This document shows, piece by piece, positions 1-10,048 of a DNA stretch of 64,000 nucleotides (the first letter of the stretch is position 1; each line of letters opens with the position of its first letter). The notes under the pieces were generated by a model, which saw nothing but the letters and a program-made list of their open reading frames with translations, was not told the origin of the DNA and searched no databases. The stretch spans positions 1 through 64,000 of the forward strand of contig JAXMOL010000040.1 of assembly GCA_034669905.1 (NCBI GenBank). The letters run 5' to 3'. Source of the DNA: Candidatus Hydrogenedentota bacterium. GTDB taxonomy: Bacteria > Hydrogenedentota > Hydrogenedentia > Hydrogenedentales > JAEUWI01. A program made the position numbers and the translations under genes.

Positions 1-2
1 TT

Positions 3-123
3 GAGCGAATAACCAAGGAAATCAACGAACGACCAAAAGCACTCTTAGAATTCAGAACACCCAACGAAACCTTCAACGCCGAATGTCAAAAAAGAAGAAT
101 TGCACTTAATGCTTGAATGTGGC
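3..123 (+). mobile_element. 3' end of an IS30-family insertion sequence (transposase C-terminus and right terminal inverted repeat), truncated by the window edge
   Basis: Frame 3 reads ERITKEINERPKALLEFRTPNETFNAECQKRRIALNA* (stop 114-116). This matches the IS30 C-terminal pattern (L/I)NxRPxxxLxxxTPxE...(V/I)AL. The end sequence ATTGCACTTAATGCTTGAATGTGGC resembles IS30-family IRR (TTGCAC/TT...TTGAAT). AT-richer than the flanking DNA. Confidence 0.75.
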
Positions 124-214
124 GGGCTCCTTACGGTTCCATGCCACTGGCTTCCTGTGTTAAAGTTTGGGCCCATAGATATTCCCCACCTCCCCCACTT
201 CTCAGGACCCCTTC

Positions 215-2350
215 ATGAATCTGGACGCGCTGTCCGACATTGTAAAACGCCACTGGGGCTATGAAAGCCTCCGTCCCCTGCAGGCGAAAGCGATGCTGCG
301 CATCACGGGTCACCGGGATTCCCTTGTGGTGCTCCCTACGGGCGGCGGTAAGTCGTTGTGCTATCAGGTGCCCGCACTGGCCATGGACGGGATGGCGGTG
401 GTCGTTTCACCGCTGATTTCCCTCATGAAGGACCAGGTGGATGGCCTGCGGGCCGTCGGCGTGGGTGCGGCATTCATCAACAGCAGCCTCCTGCCCCATG
501 AGCGCCGGGAAACCCATGAGGCCCTCCAGCGGGGCGAGGTAAAACTCCTCTATGTGGCCCCCGAGCGCCTCATGAAGGCGGAATTCGTTTCCTACCTGCA
601 ACGGCTCAACATCTCCTTTATCGCGATAGACGAGGCCCACTGTATCAGTCAGTGGGGGCACGATTTCCGTCCCGAATACCGCACGCTCTCCACCTTGCGT
701 GAAGCTTTTCCAGATACGGCCTTTCACGGCTATACCGCCACCGCCACCCCCCAGGTGCGGGAGGATATCTGCGCGGCCCTCGCCTTGAAAGAACCCGAGG
801 TGCTCGTGGCGTCGGCGGATCGGCCCAATCTGGTCTATTCCGTGGAGCGGCGCAGTAACGAATTGGCCCAGGTACTCGATGTGGTGGAGCGGCACGCCGG
901 GGAATCGGGGGTAATCTACTGCATCACCCGCAAGAAAGTGGAGGAGCTTTGTGAAAAACTCCGCGCCAAAGGGCATCCCGCCCTCCCCTATCATGCGGGT
1001 ATGGACGCCGCCGCACGGGAGCGCAATCAGGAGTCCTTTTCCAAAGAAGGAGCCGAAATCATCGTAGCCACCGTCGCCTTCGGCATGGGTATCGACAAGC
1101 CCGATGTGCGCTACGTGGTCCATACCGGCATGCCAAAATCCATTGAGCACTACCAGCAGGAAAGCGGACGGGCCGGCAGAGATGGTCTGGAAGCGGAATG
1201 CCGCCTTATCTATTCCGGCAGCGACTTCGGCCTGTGGAAGACCATCCTGCAGGATCAGGACGCGGCCACCCTCAAGATCTCTCTCGACAAGCTGAACGAA
1301 ATGTACAACTACTGCACCGATGTGACCTGTCGCCATCAGGTGCTCCTCGATTATTTCGGCGAGAAGTTGGAGAAAGACAATTGCGGTGCCTGCGACCTCT
1401 GTCTGGGTAATGCCGAATTGGTGGAAGACGCCCGGGTCATCGCCCAGAAAATAGCCTCCTGCGTCGTGCGTCTGGATGAAGTGGCAGGCCCGAGCTATAC
1501 CACCCTCATCCTGACCGGCTCCCGTGAGGCGCGCGTGGTCGACAAAGGCCACGACAAACTGAGCACCTGGGGACTCCTCCGGGAACACCCCGCGCCGGTC
1601 ATTCGCACGTGGATCGAGCAACTGGTCTCCCAGGGCTTTCTCTGCAAGGTCGGTGAATACAACATCCTCGGCGTTACCGCCCGTGGCCGGGATATGCTGC
1701 GGGGAGACGAAATGCCCCGACTGCTTAAGCCCGCCGAGACCCGCAAGTCCCCGCGCAAACAGTCTGCCGCGGCCTCCAAGTCCTGGGAAGGTGTGGACAA
1801 GGCCCTGTTTAGCCGACTCCGGGATCTCCGCCGTGAAATCGCCATGGAGCGGAATGTGCCGGCCTTTACGGTGTTTGGCGATGCCTCCCTGCGGGATATG
1901 GCCAAACAAAAACCCCTGGACGAGATGGCCTTTCTCCAGGTGCACGGCGTCGGTGAAAAGAAATGCGCCGACTACGCCAGCACCTTTCTCCCGGTCATTC
2001 GGGCCCATGAAGGTGCGGGAAGCGAGAAGCAAGCACCCCGCCCCAACAAACCCGACAAGGCCCGGGACCGTGCCTTTGAGTTATTCGAACTGGGGTGGGA
2101 AGTAGCCGAGGTCTCCGAAGAATTGGGACGAAGCCCCAAAAAGGTTCGTGGCTACCTGGAAGCCTACATCGAAGCCAACAAGATCACGGACCCATCGCCG
2201 TGGGTCGATGAGGCCATATGCGAACAAGTGCAGGAAGCCCTCGAACGATTCGGAGACGCGCCCGCGGAACAGGTCATCGCCCATCTCGATGGCAAGATAG
2301 CCCCCGATCCGCTGAAAATCGTGGCGGCCTGTCTGGCCCATGTCCCTTGA
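215..2350 (+). CDS. recQ: ATP-dependent DNA helicase RecQ
   Basis: Motifs LPTGGGKSLCYQ, DEAHCISQWGHDFR, TATA, VATVAFGMGIDKPDVR and QESGRAGRDG. Zn motif CR...CGACDLC, then RQC, HRDC and a C-terminal HTH. Confidence 0.97.
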   Translation: MNLDALSDIVKRHWGYESLRPLQAKAMLRITGHRDSLVVLPTGGGKSLCYQVPALAMDGMAVVVSPLISLMKDQVDGLRAVGVGAAFINSSLLPHERRETHEALQRGEVKLLYVAPERLMKAEFVSYLQRLNISFIAIDEAHCISQWGHDFRPEYRTLSTLREAFPDTAFHGYTATATPQVREDICAALALKEPEVLVASADRPNLVYSVERRSNELAQVLDVVERHAGESGVIYCITRKKVEELCEKLRAKGHPALPYHAGMDAAARERNQESFSKEGAEIIVATVAFGMGIDKPDVRYVVHTGMPKSIEHYQQESGRAGRDGLEAECRLIYSGSDFGLWKTILQDQDAATLKISLDKLNEMYNYCTDVTCRHQVLLDYFGEKLEKDNCGACDLCLGNAELVEDARVIAQKIASCVVRLDEVAGPSYTTLILTGSREARVVDKGHDKLSTWGLLREHPAPVIRTWIEQLVSQGFLCKVGEYNILGVTARGRDMLRGDEMPRLLKPAETRKSPRKQSAAASKSWEGVDKALFSRLRDLRREIAMERNVPAFTVFGDASLRDMAKQKPLDEMAFLQVHGVGEKKCADYASTFLPVIRAHEGAGSEKQAPRPNKPDKARDRAFELFELGWEVAEVSEELGRSPKKVRGYLEAYIEANKITDPSPWVDEAICEQVQEALERFGDAPAEQVIAHLDGKIAPDPLKIVAACLAHVP

Positions 2351-2458
2351 AGACAGCATCACGGCCCTCCAGACCAGCATATTTTTACCCCCCAGCGTGC
2401 CCCACCCCGCTATACTGATCGAAAGGCCCTTGTGCCTCAGCGATTCTACGTCAAAAGG

Positions 2459-3655
2459 ATGTTTCCCACTGCTATGACCTATCGTCGGCAAAAATTCGGC
2501 CTCCTGGCACTGCTCAGCATTCTACTCGTGAGCGGCTTTCTTTCCACCAGCCTCGCCGGCTACTTCGTTTCCGTAAACAGCATGCGGGAACACATCGTAT
2601 CCAGCGCATTGCCGCTCACCGGCGACACGGTATATTCCGAAATACAACGGGACTTGTTACGCCCTGTTTTCATTTCCTCCCTCATGGCCAATGACACCTT
2701 CCTGAAGGACTGGATCGCCAGCGGGGAACTGGACGAAGGCCAGATAAGCAAATACCTCGGCGAGATAAAGAAAGAATACGAGACCTACTCAAGCTTCCTG
2801 GTCTCAGAGAAAACCCGACGCTACTATTACGGAGGCGGAATCCTCAAGGAAGTGCAGGAATCGGAACCCCGAGACGCCTGGTATTTCCGTATCCGTACCC
2901 TGGAGGCCGAATACGAGACCAACGTCGACCCCGACATGGCCAATGAAGACAATCTCACGGTCTTCGTCAACCACAAGATTCACGACGCGTCTGGCGCCTA
3001 TCTGGGTGCTACTGGTGTTGGCCTTACCATCGACTCCATCGGCGAAATGGTCGCCCGCTACCGGCAGACCTACGGACACCACATCTATTTCGTGAATCCG
3101 CAGGGGGACTTCGTACTACGCGGTGCCGAGATACCGCAGCATATTTCCAATCTCCGTGAATTGGAAGGCTTCGAAGAAGCCGCCGCGGACCTTCTATCCA
3201 CGTCAATGAGCCAAATCAGAATTGAGCGGCCCAGTGGACTCGTCCATATCAACTCCCGCTTTATTCCTGAACTCAACTGGCATCTCATCATTGAGCAAGC
3301 GGAAGGTCCGCTCACCCAGCGCAACTATGAGGCGCTGCTGGTAAATCTTACGATATGTGCCTCTATCACGCTCATCATCCTCGGTCTCACCTATATCAGC
3401 ATTGGTGCCTACCAGCGCCGCATTGACAAAATCTTTGACGAAGAACGCAAACTGCGCAAGGAAGTAAACACCCTCTCGGGTCTACTGCCCATTTGTGCCA
3501 GCTGCAAGAGCATTCGCGGGGAAGAGGGCTATTGGAAGCAGGTGGAGGAATACGTGAGCGAACATACCGAAGCCGAATTCAGCCATGGCATCTGCCCCAA
3601 GTGTATGGATATACTCTACCCCGAAATAAAACCGCCGTCGGAAGCCGATTCCTGA
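2459..3655 (+). CDS. Membrane sensor with periplasmic Cache domain and C-terminal Cys4 (LPICxxCK...SHGICPxC) domain
   Basis: Two TM segments flank a dCache-like region (DAWYF, NVDPD, LTVFVN, GATGVG). The cytoplasmic tail LLPICASCKSIR...FSHGICPKC has no kinase or GGDEF domain. Start uncertain (2432/2459/2474). Confidence 0.8.
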   Translation: MFPTAMTYRRQKFGLLALLSILLVSGFLSTSLAGYFVSVNSMREHIVSSALPLTGDTVYSEIQRDLLRPVFISSLMANDTFLKDWIASGELDEGQISKYLGEIKKEYETYSSFLVSEKTRRYYYGGGILKEVQESEPRDAWYFRIRTLEAEYETNVDPDMANEDNLTVFVNHKIHDASGAYLGATGVGLTIDSIGEMVARYRQTYGHHIYFVNPQGDFVLRGAEIPQHISNLRELEGFEEAAADLLSTSMSQIRIERPSGLVHINSRFIPELNWHLIIEQAEGPLTQRNYEALLVNLTICASITLIILGLTYISIGAYQRRIDKIFDEERKLRKEVNTLSGLLPICASCKSIRGEEGYWKQVEEYVSEHTEAEFSHGICPKCMDILYPEIKPPSEADS

Positions 3656-3694
3656 CGGTGAAGAACGGCGCACACGCGCCCGGAGGCCCCACCA

Positions 3695-4366
3695 TTGCGC
3701 AGCGTACTTTCCTTTCTTATCCCACTTCTGGCCATTACGATCGGAGCGGCACACGGCGAAGCCGTCATCCACGAGCGGATTGAATGGTCTGACATCTGGA
3801 TCACGGATGCCAACGACGATGAGGCCACACGGGTGCTCCTCGTGGGCGACTCCATTGTCCGCGGTTATTTCGCCGGCGTCGAAAAAGAACTCGGAAAAGA
3901 CGTCTCCTGCGCTCGATACACCACCTCCAAATTCCTCTCCCACCCCGACTTCCTCGCCGAACTCGGCCTCTTACTGTCGCGCTACGACTTTGCCGTGATC
4001 CATCTGAACAACGGCCTCCATGGCTGGGGCTATACGGAAGACGACTATCGAAGGGGCCTCACCCGACTCATCGCCCTTGTAAAGGAAAAGGCGCCCAAGG
4101 CGAAACTTGTCTGGGCCATGACGACTCCGGTCCGGGTGGGCAATGATATAGAGAAAATCCATGAAGAGCGCACCCCCCGAGTGATTCAGCGCAACGCCAT
4201 TGCCCGTGAAGTGATGGCAGGCCAGGGCGTCGCCATTAATGACCTGTACGGGCTGGTCGCCGAACACACCCCCTTTTTTTCCAAAGACGGGACCCACTTC
4301 AGTGAATCCGGTCGGGCAGCCCAGGCCAAGCAAGTCGCCGACGCCATCCGCGCCCAACTGCCCTGA
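3695..4366 (+). CDS. SGNH/GDSL hydrolase family protein, secreted
   Basis: Signal peptide; motifs GDSI, NNGLH and DGTHF. Confidence 0.88.
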   Translation: MRSVLSFLIPLLAITIGAAHGEAVIHERIEWSDIWITDANDDEATRVLLVGDSIVRGYFAGVEKELGKDVSCARYTTSKFLSHPDFLAELGLLLSRYDFAVIHLNNGLHGWGYTEDDYRRGLTRLIALVKEKAPKAKLVWAMTTPVRVGNDIEKIHEERTPRVIQRNAIAREVMAGQGVAINDLYGLVAEHTPFFSKDGTHFSESGRAAQAKQVADAIRAQLP

Positions 4367-4391
4367 TCGGAGAACGCGGATCGCCCATTGC

Positions 4392-5111
4392 TCAGCGCGA
4401 CGATTCCATCTCCTCGTATTTAGCCTGGGCCCGGGCAAACAGCGCGATCGCGGGCCGTATTGTTGGACGGTAGAGATAGCGAAAGAACCAGCCTGGTGCG
4501 CCGTTTCCCCGCTCCTCCAGCGCGACGCGCGCCCGGGGATGGGCCATAAAGCGCAAGCCACGTGGTTGGTAGTTCGTCCCGTCGCGCCAGAATTCAATTT
4601 TGCGGAGATGCTTCACGTTTTTATAGCCATAGTGCGCCGGGGCCACAAGCCGTAACGGTGCGCCATGGGCCATACCCAGCGGCGCCCCATCCAACCTGTC
4701 GGCGAGCAAGACGTCCTCCCCCATCAGATCTTCCCGCGGCAGGGTAGTCCGATACCCATCCTGCCCCTTAATCACGACAAAATCCAGCGACAGTCCGTCG
4801 GGAATCAACGGCGCTACCAGGGCGTCGTAGAAATCCTTAAAGCGATAGCCGCTCCAAAGCAGCTCCCTTCGGGTCCACGTCGTTACGCAATGAAAATCAG
4901 AAACCTGTTCTACCCGCGTCAGGCGAGCAAGTCCTTCGGAAACGTCGACCTGTTCCACCACCTCTCCCCCCACCATCAGCGACACGTTCTCCTTATCTCG
5001 CGGGAAGCGATAGGCGAACTCCGGCAACCCGAATCGGGGAAAGTGGGCAATGGCGCGTTGCCCCGGTGGCAGTGCGCCAGGAGTGCCCTGAGCTTCTTCG
5101 TCGACGCGCAT
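4392..5111 (-). CDS. Molybdopterin-dependent oxidoreductase (sulfite oxidase/MsrP-like catalytic subunit)
   Basis: Motifs LPPGQ, DFHCVTTW and HGAPLRLVAPAHYGYKNVK. Confidence 0.88.
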   Translation of the reverse strand: MRVDEEAQGTPGALPPGQRAIAHFPRFGLPEFAYRFPRDKENVSLMVGGEVVEQVDVSEGLARLTRVEQVSDFHCVTTWTRRELLWSGYRFKDFYDALVAPLIPDGLSLDFVVIKGQDGYRTTLPREDLMGEDVLLADRLDGAPLGMAHGAPLRLVAPAHYGYKNVKHLRKIEFWRDGTNYQPRGLRFMAHPRARVALEERGNGAPGWFFRYLYRPTIRPAIALFARAQAKYEEMESSR

Positions 5112-5335
5112 AACGCAGCTCCTTTAGTTTACGGCATGCCTCCCGAAGCGCCAGCACAAAAAGGCATCACTGAAGGCCCAGGGACTGCGCATGGTGCACG
5201 GTCGGAACATGCGTATCTACTTACGCAGTAGGGATAACCGCTGTATACTCCTGAGCGTTGCGATCGTTCACCCTCCACTCTCGCATAACGCTGCGATGCT
5301 ACACAAAACCTTCTGCCACAGCTTCCTGGCGCGTC

Positions 5336-5854
5336 TTACTCACGCTCCCCATCGCGCATGCCCTCGGCGAGCGTGATTTCCGGCAGAAAGAACGTTCGGA
5401 TATCCCCCATACGGTGCCAACATACCAGGCCCATGACCGTACTCGTGAGCCCAAATAAGAGTAGCTCCCAGGGTTCCGCGCCCAGGCGAAGGAGCACTTC
5501 GCAGTCTCCTGCGCGGTATAGCAGGCCGACAGTCAGATACAGTCCGTTGGCAACCAGCGAGAATCCGGCAATATAGAGGGCGATGTGCCTGGCCCTTCGA
5601 GGAAAGCGCAGGGTAACGAGGAGGAGTAGCAGCGCGAACCCATCCCCTCCCAGCGCCCCCGCCCAGGCCGTCCACAGGGGATTCGGATCCTTCTCCACGA
5701 TGGTATGGGAGAATCCCAGTAGCGGAATCGAGACTTCCACAATCTCCGCTCCGCTTGACCAGGCCACTAGCACGTGGCCTGCCTCATGGAAGGTCATCAT
5801 GCCGTACCAGGAACACAGGCTCGCCAGAACGAGTATCTTCAGTTGTTTCAGCAT
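5336..5854 (-). CDS. M50-family membrane metallopeptidase-like protein
   Basis: HEAGH (HExxH) in a hydrophobic segment, AWAG, and AGD after TM helices. Start placed at MLKQLK. Confidence 0.7.
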   Translation of the reverse strand: MLKQLKILVLASLCSWYGMMTFHEAGHVLVAWSSGAEIVEVSIPLLGFSHTIVEKDPNPLWTAWAGALGGDGFALLLLLVTLRFPRRARHIALYIAGFSLVANGLYLTVGLLYRAGDCEVLLRLGAEPWELLLFGLTSTVMGLVCWHRMGDIRTFFLPEITLAEGMRDGERE

Positions 5855-5976
5855 AGGAGACCCAATCGCTTTCCAACCTGCTCGCGCCGCAGGAGGTGTC
5901 CTACGTGTCATCCGCGAATCGTCATCTTAATAGGACGTTGCGTGTATTTACGCAAGTAACTCGGAGGAACGAAGTC

Positions 5977-6447
5977 ATGAAAGCCATTATACCCTGTCTC
6001 TGGTTTGACCGTGAGGCGGAAGAAGCTGCCCGTTTCTACACGGAAGTTCTCCCCGACGCCAGATTGGGGTCGATCGCCTATTATGGCGAAGGCGCCCCCA
6101 TGCCGCCGGGTACCGTGTTGACCGTAAGCTTTACCCTCCTGGGTCAACCGTTCATGGCCCTCAACGGTGGCCCCCAGTTTCCCTTTTCCCCAGCGGTCTC
6201 CTTCGTACTCCCCTGTGAAACCCAACACGAAATAGACCACTGCTGGGAGCAATTGTCTGCTGGCGGAACCACGGAACGGTGTGGATGGCTGAGAGACCGC
6301 TTCGGGGTGTCGTGGCAGATTGTACCCCGGGCTATAGCCGCGATGATGGAAGACCGCACCCGGGCAGACCAGGTGATGGCTGCCGTGCTCACGATGGAGA
6401 ATCTCGACATGGCAGCTATTCAAGCTGCCTATGACGCCGCTCCCTGA
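5977..6447 (+). CDS. VOC family protein (PhnB/3-demethylubiquinone-9 3-methyltransferase-like)
   Basis: Motifs IIPCLWFD.AEEAARFY, FMALNGGP and CGWLRDRFGVSWQIVP. GGAGG RBS upstream. Confidence 0.9.
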   Translation: MKAIIPCLWFDREAEEAARFYTEVLPDARLGSIAYYGEGAPMPPGTVLTVSFTLLGQPFMALNGGPQFPFSPAVSFVLPCETQHEIDHCWEQLSAGGTTERCGWLRDRFGVSWQIVPRAIAAMMEDRTRADQVMAAVLTMENLDMAAIQAAYDAAP

Positions 6448-6476
6448 CTTCGGGGTAATCTGGGACCGAAGCAAGG

Positions 6477-6510
6477 AAAAACGCGCGCGATGCCAAGGCA
6501 TCGCGCGCGT
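6477..6510 (-). terminator. Intrinsic terminator-like hairpin between convergent genes
   Basis: Perfect inverted repeat ACGCGCGCGATGCC-AA-GGCATCGCGCGCGT (6481-6510) preceded by an A-run, which is a U-tail on the minus strand. Confidence 0.7.
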
Positions 6511-6539
6511 AGACTTACCGCTTTTTCTCTCGGTCTGAC

Positions 6540-9500
6540 TTATTGCTGCGGGGCTTTCACCGAACGCAGATAGGCAATGAGATCGAGAATCTCCCCCCGC
6601 TTGAAGCTGTTCAGCAAGCCGGTGGGCATGGCCGACAAGGGGGCCGCCGTACGAGAGAGGATCTTATTCTTTGGAATCTTGATGCCTTCCGTGTCGTTGA
6701 GCGGATTGGTGAGAAGGCGCACGAATTCGTCCGTCTCCTCGGCGATCAGGCCCAGGTAGGTGTTCTCCGCAAGCACATCTTCCGTCTCGATTTTGATTTC
6801 CCAGGACTTGTAGTCCTCGTTAATCACGGTGGACGGTTCGAACATTTCGACCAACATGGTCTGGGGATCCAGGCGCTCAGCCACACCGGCAAGGTCCGGG
6901 CCAACCGCCACTTTGCCCTCGCCCACTTTGTGGCAGGAAACACACGAAGCCTCGGCAAAAACCTTGGCGCCGCGCTCCAGGTCACGTCCGGATTCTATCT
7001 TGCTCAGGGCCGGTGCAAGGTCGGCCACGGTCCATTCCTGGACCAGTTTCCGATTACTCGCCGAATTGATCGCCGTCGCCTTGTTGTCCGCCATCCACTT
7101 GATGGGGTCATCGACCACGTGCATCAGGCCGTTCATGAGCATCCAGTGCCCGGGGTAGGTGCAAAGGTACTCATAAATCGACTTATCCGTGGGGGCCACA
7201 AATTCCACCGTGGCTTCTTCATCGATAGAAAGCATCTCGGTAGCGAATAGAATTTTGTCGCTCTCGGGCGTCCAATCTTTCTCGATGCCCTGGGCACCCA
7301 ACATCATGGAGGCCGTGGCCACCGCCGCCGTCGCACCAGGCTTCACCATGACCAGGTTATGGTCCATGGCGTCGGGGTTGCTGAGGATAAGGCGCACTTT
7401 CATTCCCGGCCCTACTGCGAAGGCCTGGCGGTCATACTTCATTTGCTCTTTGAGCGTCTGAATATGAATCACCAGGGTATCGCCGTCCATGACGGGGTCG
7501 GGAGACGGTGGCTGGTTACGGAAGTCCTGCGAGGCGCGCATGGCATCTTCGGCGGAATGCCCCATATGGCCCATGTGGGACATATCCACCACATCGCCTT
7601 CACCCAGTTGGCCTTCGATTTCCCACATGTATTTCACGCGTTGGGCGGCGTTCTGGGCATTCACTTCCGGCGAATGGAGCAGCACGGTCAGGAGCCCTTC
7701 ATTCACCACGTTGTGCTGCTGATAGACCCACAGGGCTTCCAGCAGGTGGTGGGCGTCTTCGACTTTGGTACCGTCGAACTGCTTAATCCATTCCGCGGTC
7801 GCCGCGATGACCGCGTCCGTATCCCGCTCGCTGAGCTCCACACGGGCACGCTCACGCACACTGTTGGTCGGGTGCTTCAGCACCTCCAGCAGGGCTTCAA
7901 TAGGCTCACCATCCACTTTGACGGCTTCCTGGAGCGGACGGCCCGGCACAGTAATCCGGTAGACCCGACCGTGTTCGTGGTCGCGGCTGGGGTCGCGCAC
8001 GTTGTGCTGCATATGCCCGATAAGGGGATTGGCCCAGTCGGCCACGTAAACCGCACCATCATCACCCACCGCGAAATCGGCAGGCCGGAAGTTGCCATCG
8101 CTGGAAACCAGCAGGTCATCGGTTTCCGTGCCCCAGATGCTGCCGTCTTCCTTATATTCCAGATTGTACTGTTTGATTCCCAGGAAACCGATGGCATTCA
8201 GAATCAGATAATTGCCTTCGTTTTCTTCCGGGAAGTGCTGACTGGAAAGAATACCACTGGCCGGCACGGGGCGCACCGTCTTCTCAAGCAGCTTGTGCAT
8301 CTCGAAGCCGCCACCGCCGTCCATCCGAACCTGAAAGGCCCGACCCGACGTGGCATCGGTCGCCAGGTGATAGCCCCAGTAGTCGAAATCGATACCGTGG
8401 GGATTGGGCGAATTATCCGCATGGAAGGCAAAGCGATGGGTGCGGGGATTGAAACGATACATCCCCGTCTTGCCCGAGAGCTGGGCCACCTGCCAGGGAG
8501 TTTCCACATTACTTACGTGGAATACACCACGCTGGTAATAGATATAGCCATCCGGACCAAAGGCGAAATTGTTCGCCGCGTGGTGCGTGTCGGCCGAGTC
8601 GATACCGCTGAAGAGAATCTCTCGGTGATCCGCCTTGTCATCTCCATCCGTGTCCTTCAAGAACCAGATGTTGGGCGCGGAGGCGACAATGACACCGCCG
8701 TTCCAGAACGTAAATGCCGTGGGGTTGTGGATATAGTCGAAGGTGATCGCTTCGTCGGCTACGCCGTCCCGGTCTTCATCGGGGAGGATAATCAGCTGAT
8801 CCAGCATTTCCTGGTCGGGCTGCCACTTGGGGTAGGTCTGCCACGCTGCGACCCAGATACGGCCCTTGGTGTCTACCCCCATCTGCACCGGGTTTACCAG
8901 GGTGGGGAACATTTCTTCAGAGGCGAAGAGATTGGCTTCCATGCCCGGGGCCAGCGTGAGGGTTTCCGGACCCTTCTCGGCAGGCACCCGTTCGAGGGAG
9001 CCGTTGCCGCCATTGGGACGGCTATCAATATTGGAGATCACCTGTACCGGATTCGGCACATTGCTGTCGTCCGGCGGAACGAGTTCGCCCTGGGTGGCTT
9101 TCCAAATGACCTTGTCACGGTTGGCGGTCATGACGTCGAGCATCACCAATTCGTGTTGGAGCACCTCGGCGTTGGTCTGGTCATCCACGAAGGCCAACGT
9201 CGAGCGGCTGCCCCACACGTCATTACCGTCGGTCGCCCGGTACCGATTGAACCAGCACCAGTTCTTTTCCAGCACAGCATTGCGTATGGTCGCCAATCCC
9301 TCCTCGGGACAGGACATCCCCAGGGCGTCCACAATGGCCTTGCCAATCAACTGGTTGCCCAATTCATTCAGGTGAACCCCGTTGATGGTGAGGGGTTTCT
9401 CCTGGGCGTCATACAGCGCCTGGGAGGCCGCAAAGAGGTCGACGAAGGGCAATCCGTACTCATGGGCTACCCGGGCCATAGCGTCGGTGTAAATCGAAAG

Positions 9501-9989
9501 CCAGAGATTGTTTTCTTCGCCACTCGGGAAATTGGGGGAATTCAGATTCTCATGGGCGATGGGTGAAAACAGCACCAGGCGGGGTGCCGATTCCCCGTTG
9601 TATTTCTTTTCCTGCGACTCTTCGATGAGTGCCGCCAACTCGCTCTTGAACTTCATCGGATCGCGGGAAAACGATTCGTTGTAGCCGAAGAATACGAAGA
9701 TAACGTCCGCGCCCACAAGGGTCAGGGCCTCGTCGACCGTCTGAAAGTTTTCATTGCGCGGGCGCAGTGCTACCTGGTCCCCCGTAAAACCCATATTCCG
9801 AATAACCAGCCCCTTATCCGGGTTGGCGGCCTGGAGATAGGTTTCCAGCCAGCCATCGTGCTGCATCCGATCGGGCAACGCGTTTCCAATGAAGGCGATA
9901 TGATCCCCCTCATTCAGCGTGACTTGCGCCCCCACCAGGGGGGCCCAACAGGCCACCGCAGCGACCAGGATGTGAATTCCAAACTTCAT
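6540..9989 (-). CDS. PVC-type multidomain protein: SGNH-like, glucose/sorbosone dehydrogenase-like propeller, HEAT-like, azurin/plastocyanin, heme c
   Basis: Signal peptide MKFGIH.... SGNH block (FIGN, GYNES, NGVHL). Propeller motifs (LFASE, DTDGDDKAD, FRP.D, YVADW, RDHEHGRVYR). Cupredoxin MDHNLV...CTYPGHWMLM. Heme CVSCH and distal SAMP. Confidence 0.85.
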   Translation of the reverse strand: MKFGIHILVAAVACWAPLVGAQVTLNEGDHIAFIGNALPDRMQHDGWLETYLQAANPDKGLVIRNMGFTGDQVALRPRNENFQTVDEALTLVGADVIFVFFGYNESFSRDPMKFKSELAALIEESQEKKYNGESAPRLVLFSPIAHENLNSPNFPSGEENNLWLSIYTDAMARVAHEYGLPFVDLFAASQALYDAQEKPLTINGVHLNELGNQLIGKAIVDALGMSCPEEGLATIRNAVLEKNWCWFNRYRATDGNDVWGSRSTLAFVDDQTNAEVLQHELVMLDVMTANRDKVIWKATQGELVPPDDSNVPNPVQVISNIDSRPNGGNGSLERVPAEKGPETLTLAPGMEANLFASEEMFPTLVNPVQMGVDTKGRIWVAAWQTYPKWQPDQEMLDQLIILPDEDRDGVADEAITFDYIHNPTAFTFWNGGVIVASAPNIWFLKDTDGDDKADHREILFSGIDSADTHHAANNFAFGPDGYIYYQRGVFHVSNVETPWQVAQLSGKTGMYRFNPRTHRFAFHADNSPNPHGIDFDYWGYHLATDATSGRAFQVRMDGGGGFEMHKLLEKTVRPVPASGILSSQHFPEENEGNYLILNAIGFLGIKQYNLEYKEDGSIWGTETDDLLVSSDGNFRPADFAVGDDGAVYVADWANPLIGHMQHNVRDPSRDHEHGRVYRITVPGRPLQEAVKVDGEPIEALLEVLKHPTNSVRERARVELSERDTDAVIAATAEWIKQFDGTKVEDAHHLLEALWVYQQHNVVNEGLLTVLLHSPEVNAQNAAQRVKYMWEIEGQLGEGDVVDMSHMGHMGHSAEDAMRASQDFRNQPPSPDPVMDGDTLVIHIQTLKEQMKYDRQAFAVGPGMKVRLILSNPDAMDHNLVMVKPGATAAVATASMMLGAQGIEKDWTPESDKILFATEMLSIDEEATVEFVAPTDKSIYEYLCTYPGHWMLMNGLMHVVDDPIKWMADNKATAINSASNRKLVQEWTVADLAPALSKIESGRDLERGAKVFAEASCVSCHKVGEGKVAVGPDLAGVAERLDPQTMLVEMFEPSTVINEDYKSWEIKIETEDVLAENTYLGLIAEETDEFVRLLTNPLNDTEGIKIPKNKILSRTAAPLSAMPTGLLNSFKRGEILDLIAYLRSVKAPQQ

Positions 9990-10048
9990 GCGTTCTTCTC
10001 CCATGGTAATACGTTTTTGTGATCGCGGTCCCGTGAATCGGCCCAAGT

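Noticed and set aside
4392..5111. msrP assignment
   Set aside because: There is no Tat signal and no adjacent msrQ, so only the family-level call is supported.
7359..9566. Long antisense ORFs (e.g. 407-2032, 7359-9566, 12736-14070, 39458-40903, 58993-61077)
   Set aside because: Shadow ORFs typical of GC-rich coding DNA. They show no motifs and lie opposite well-supported genes.
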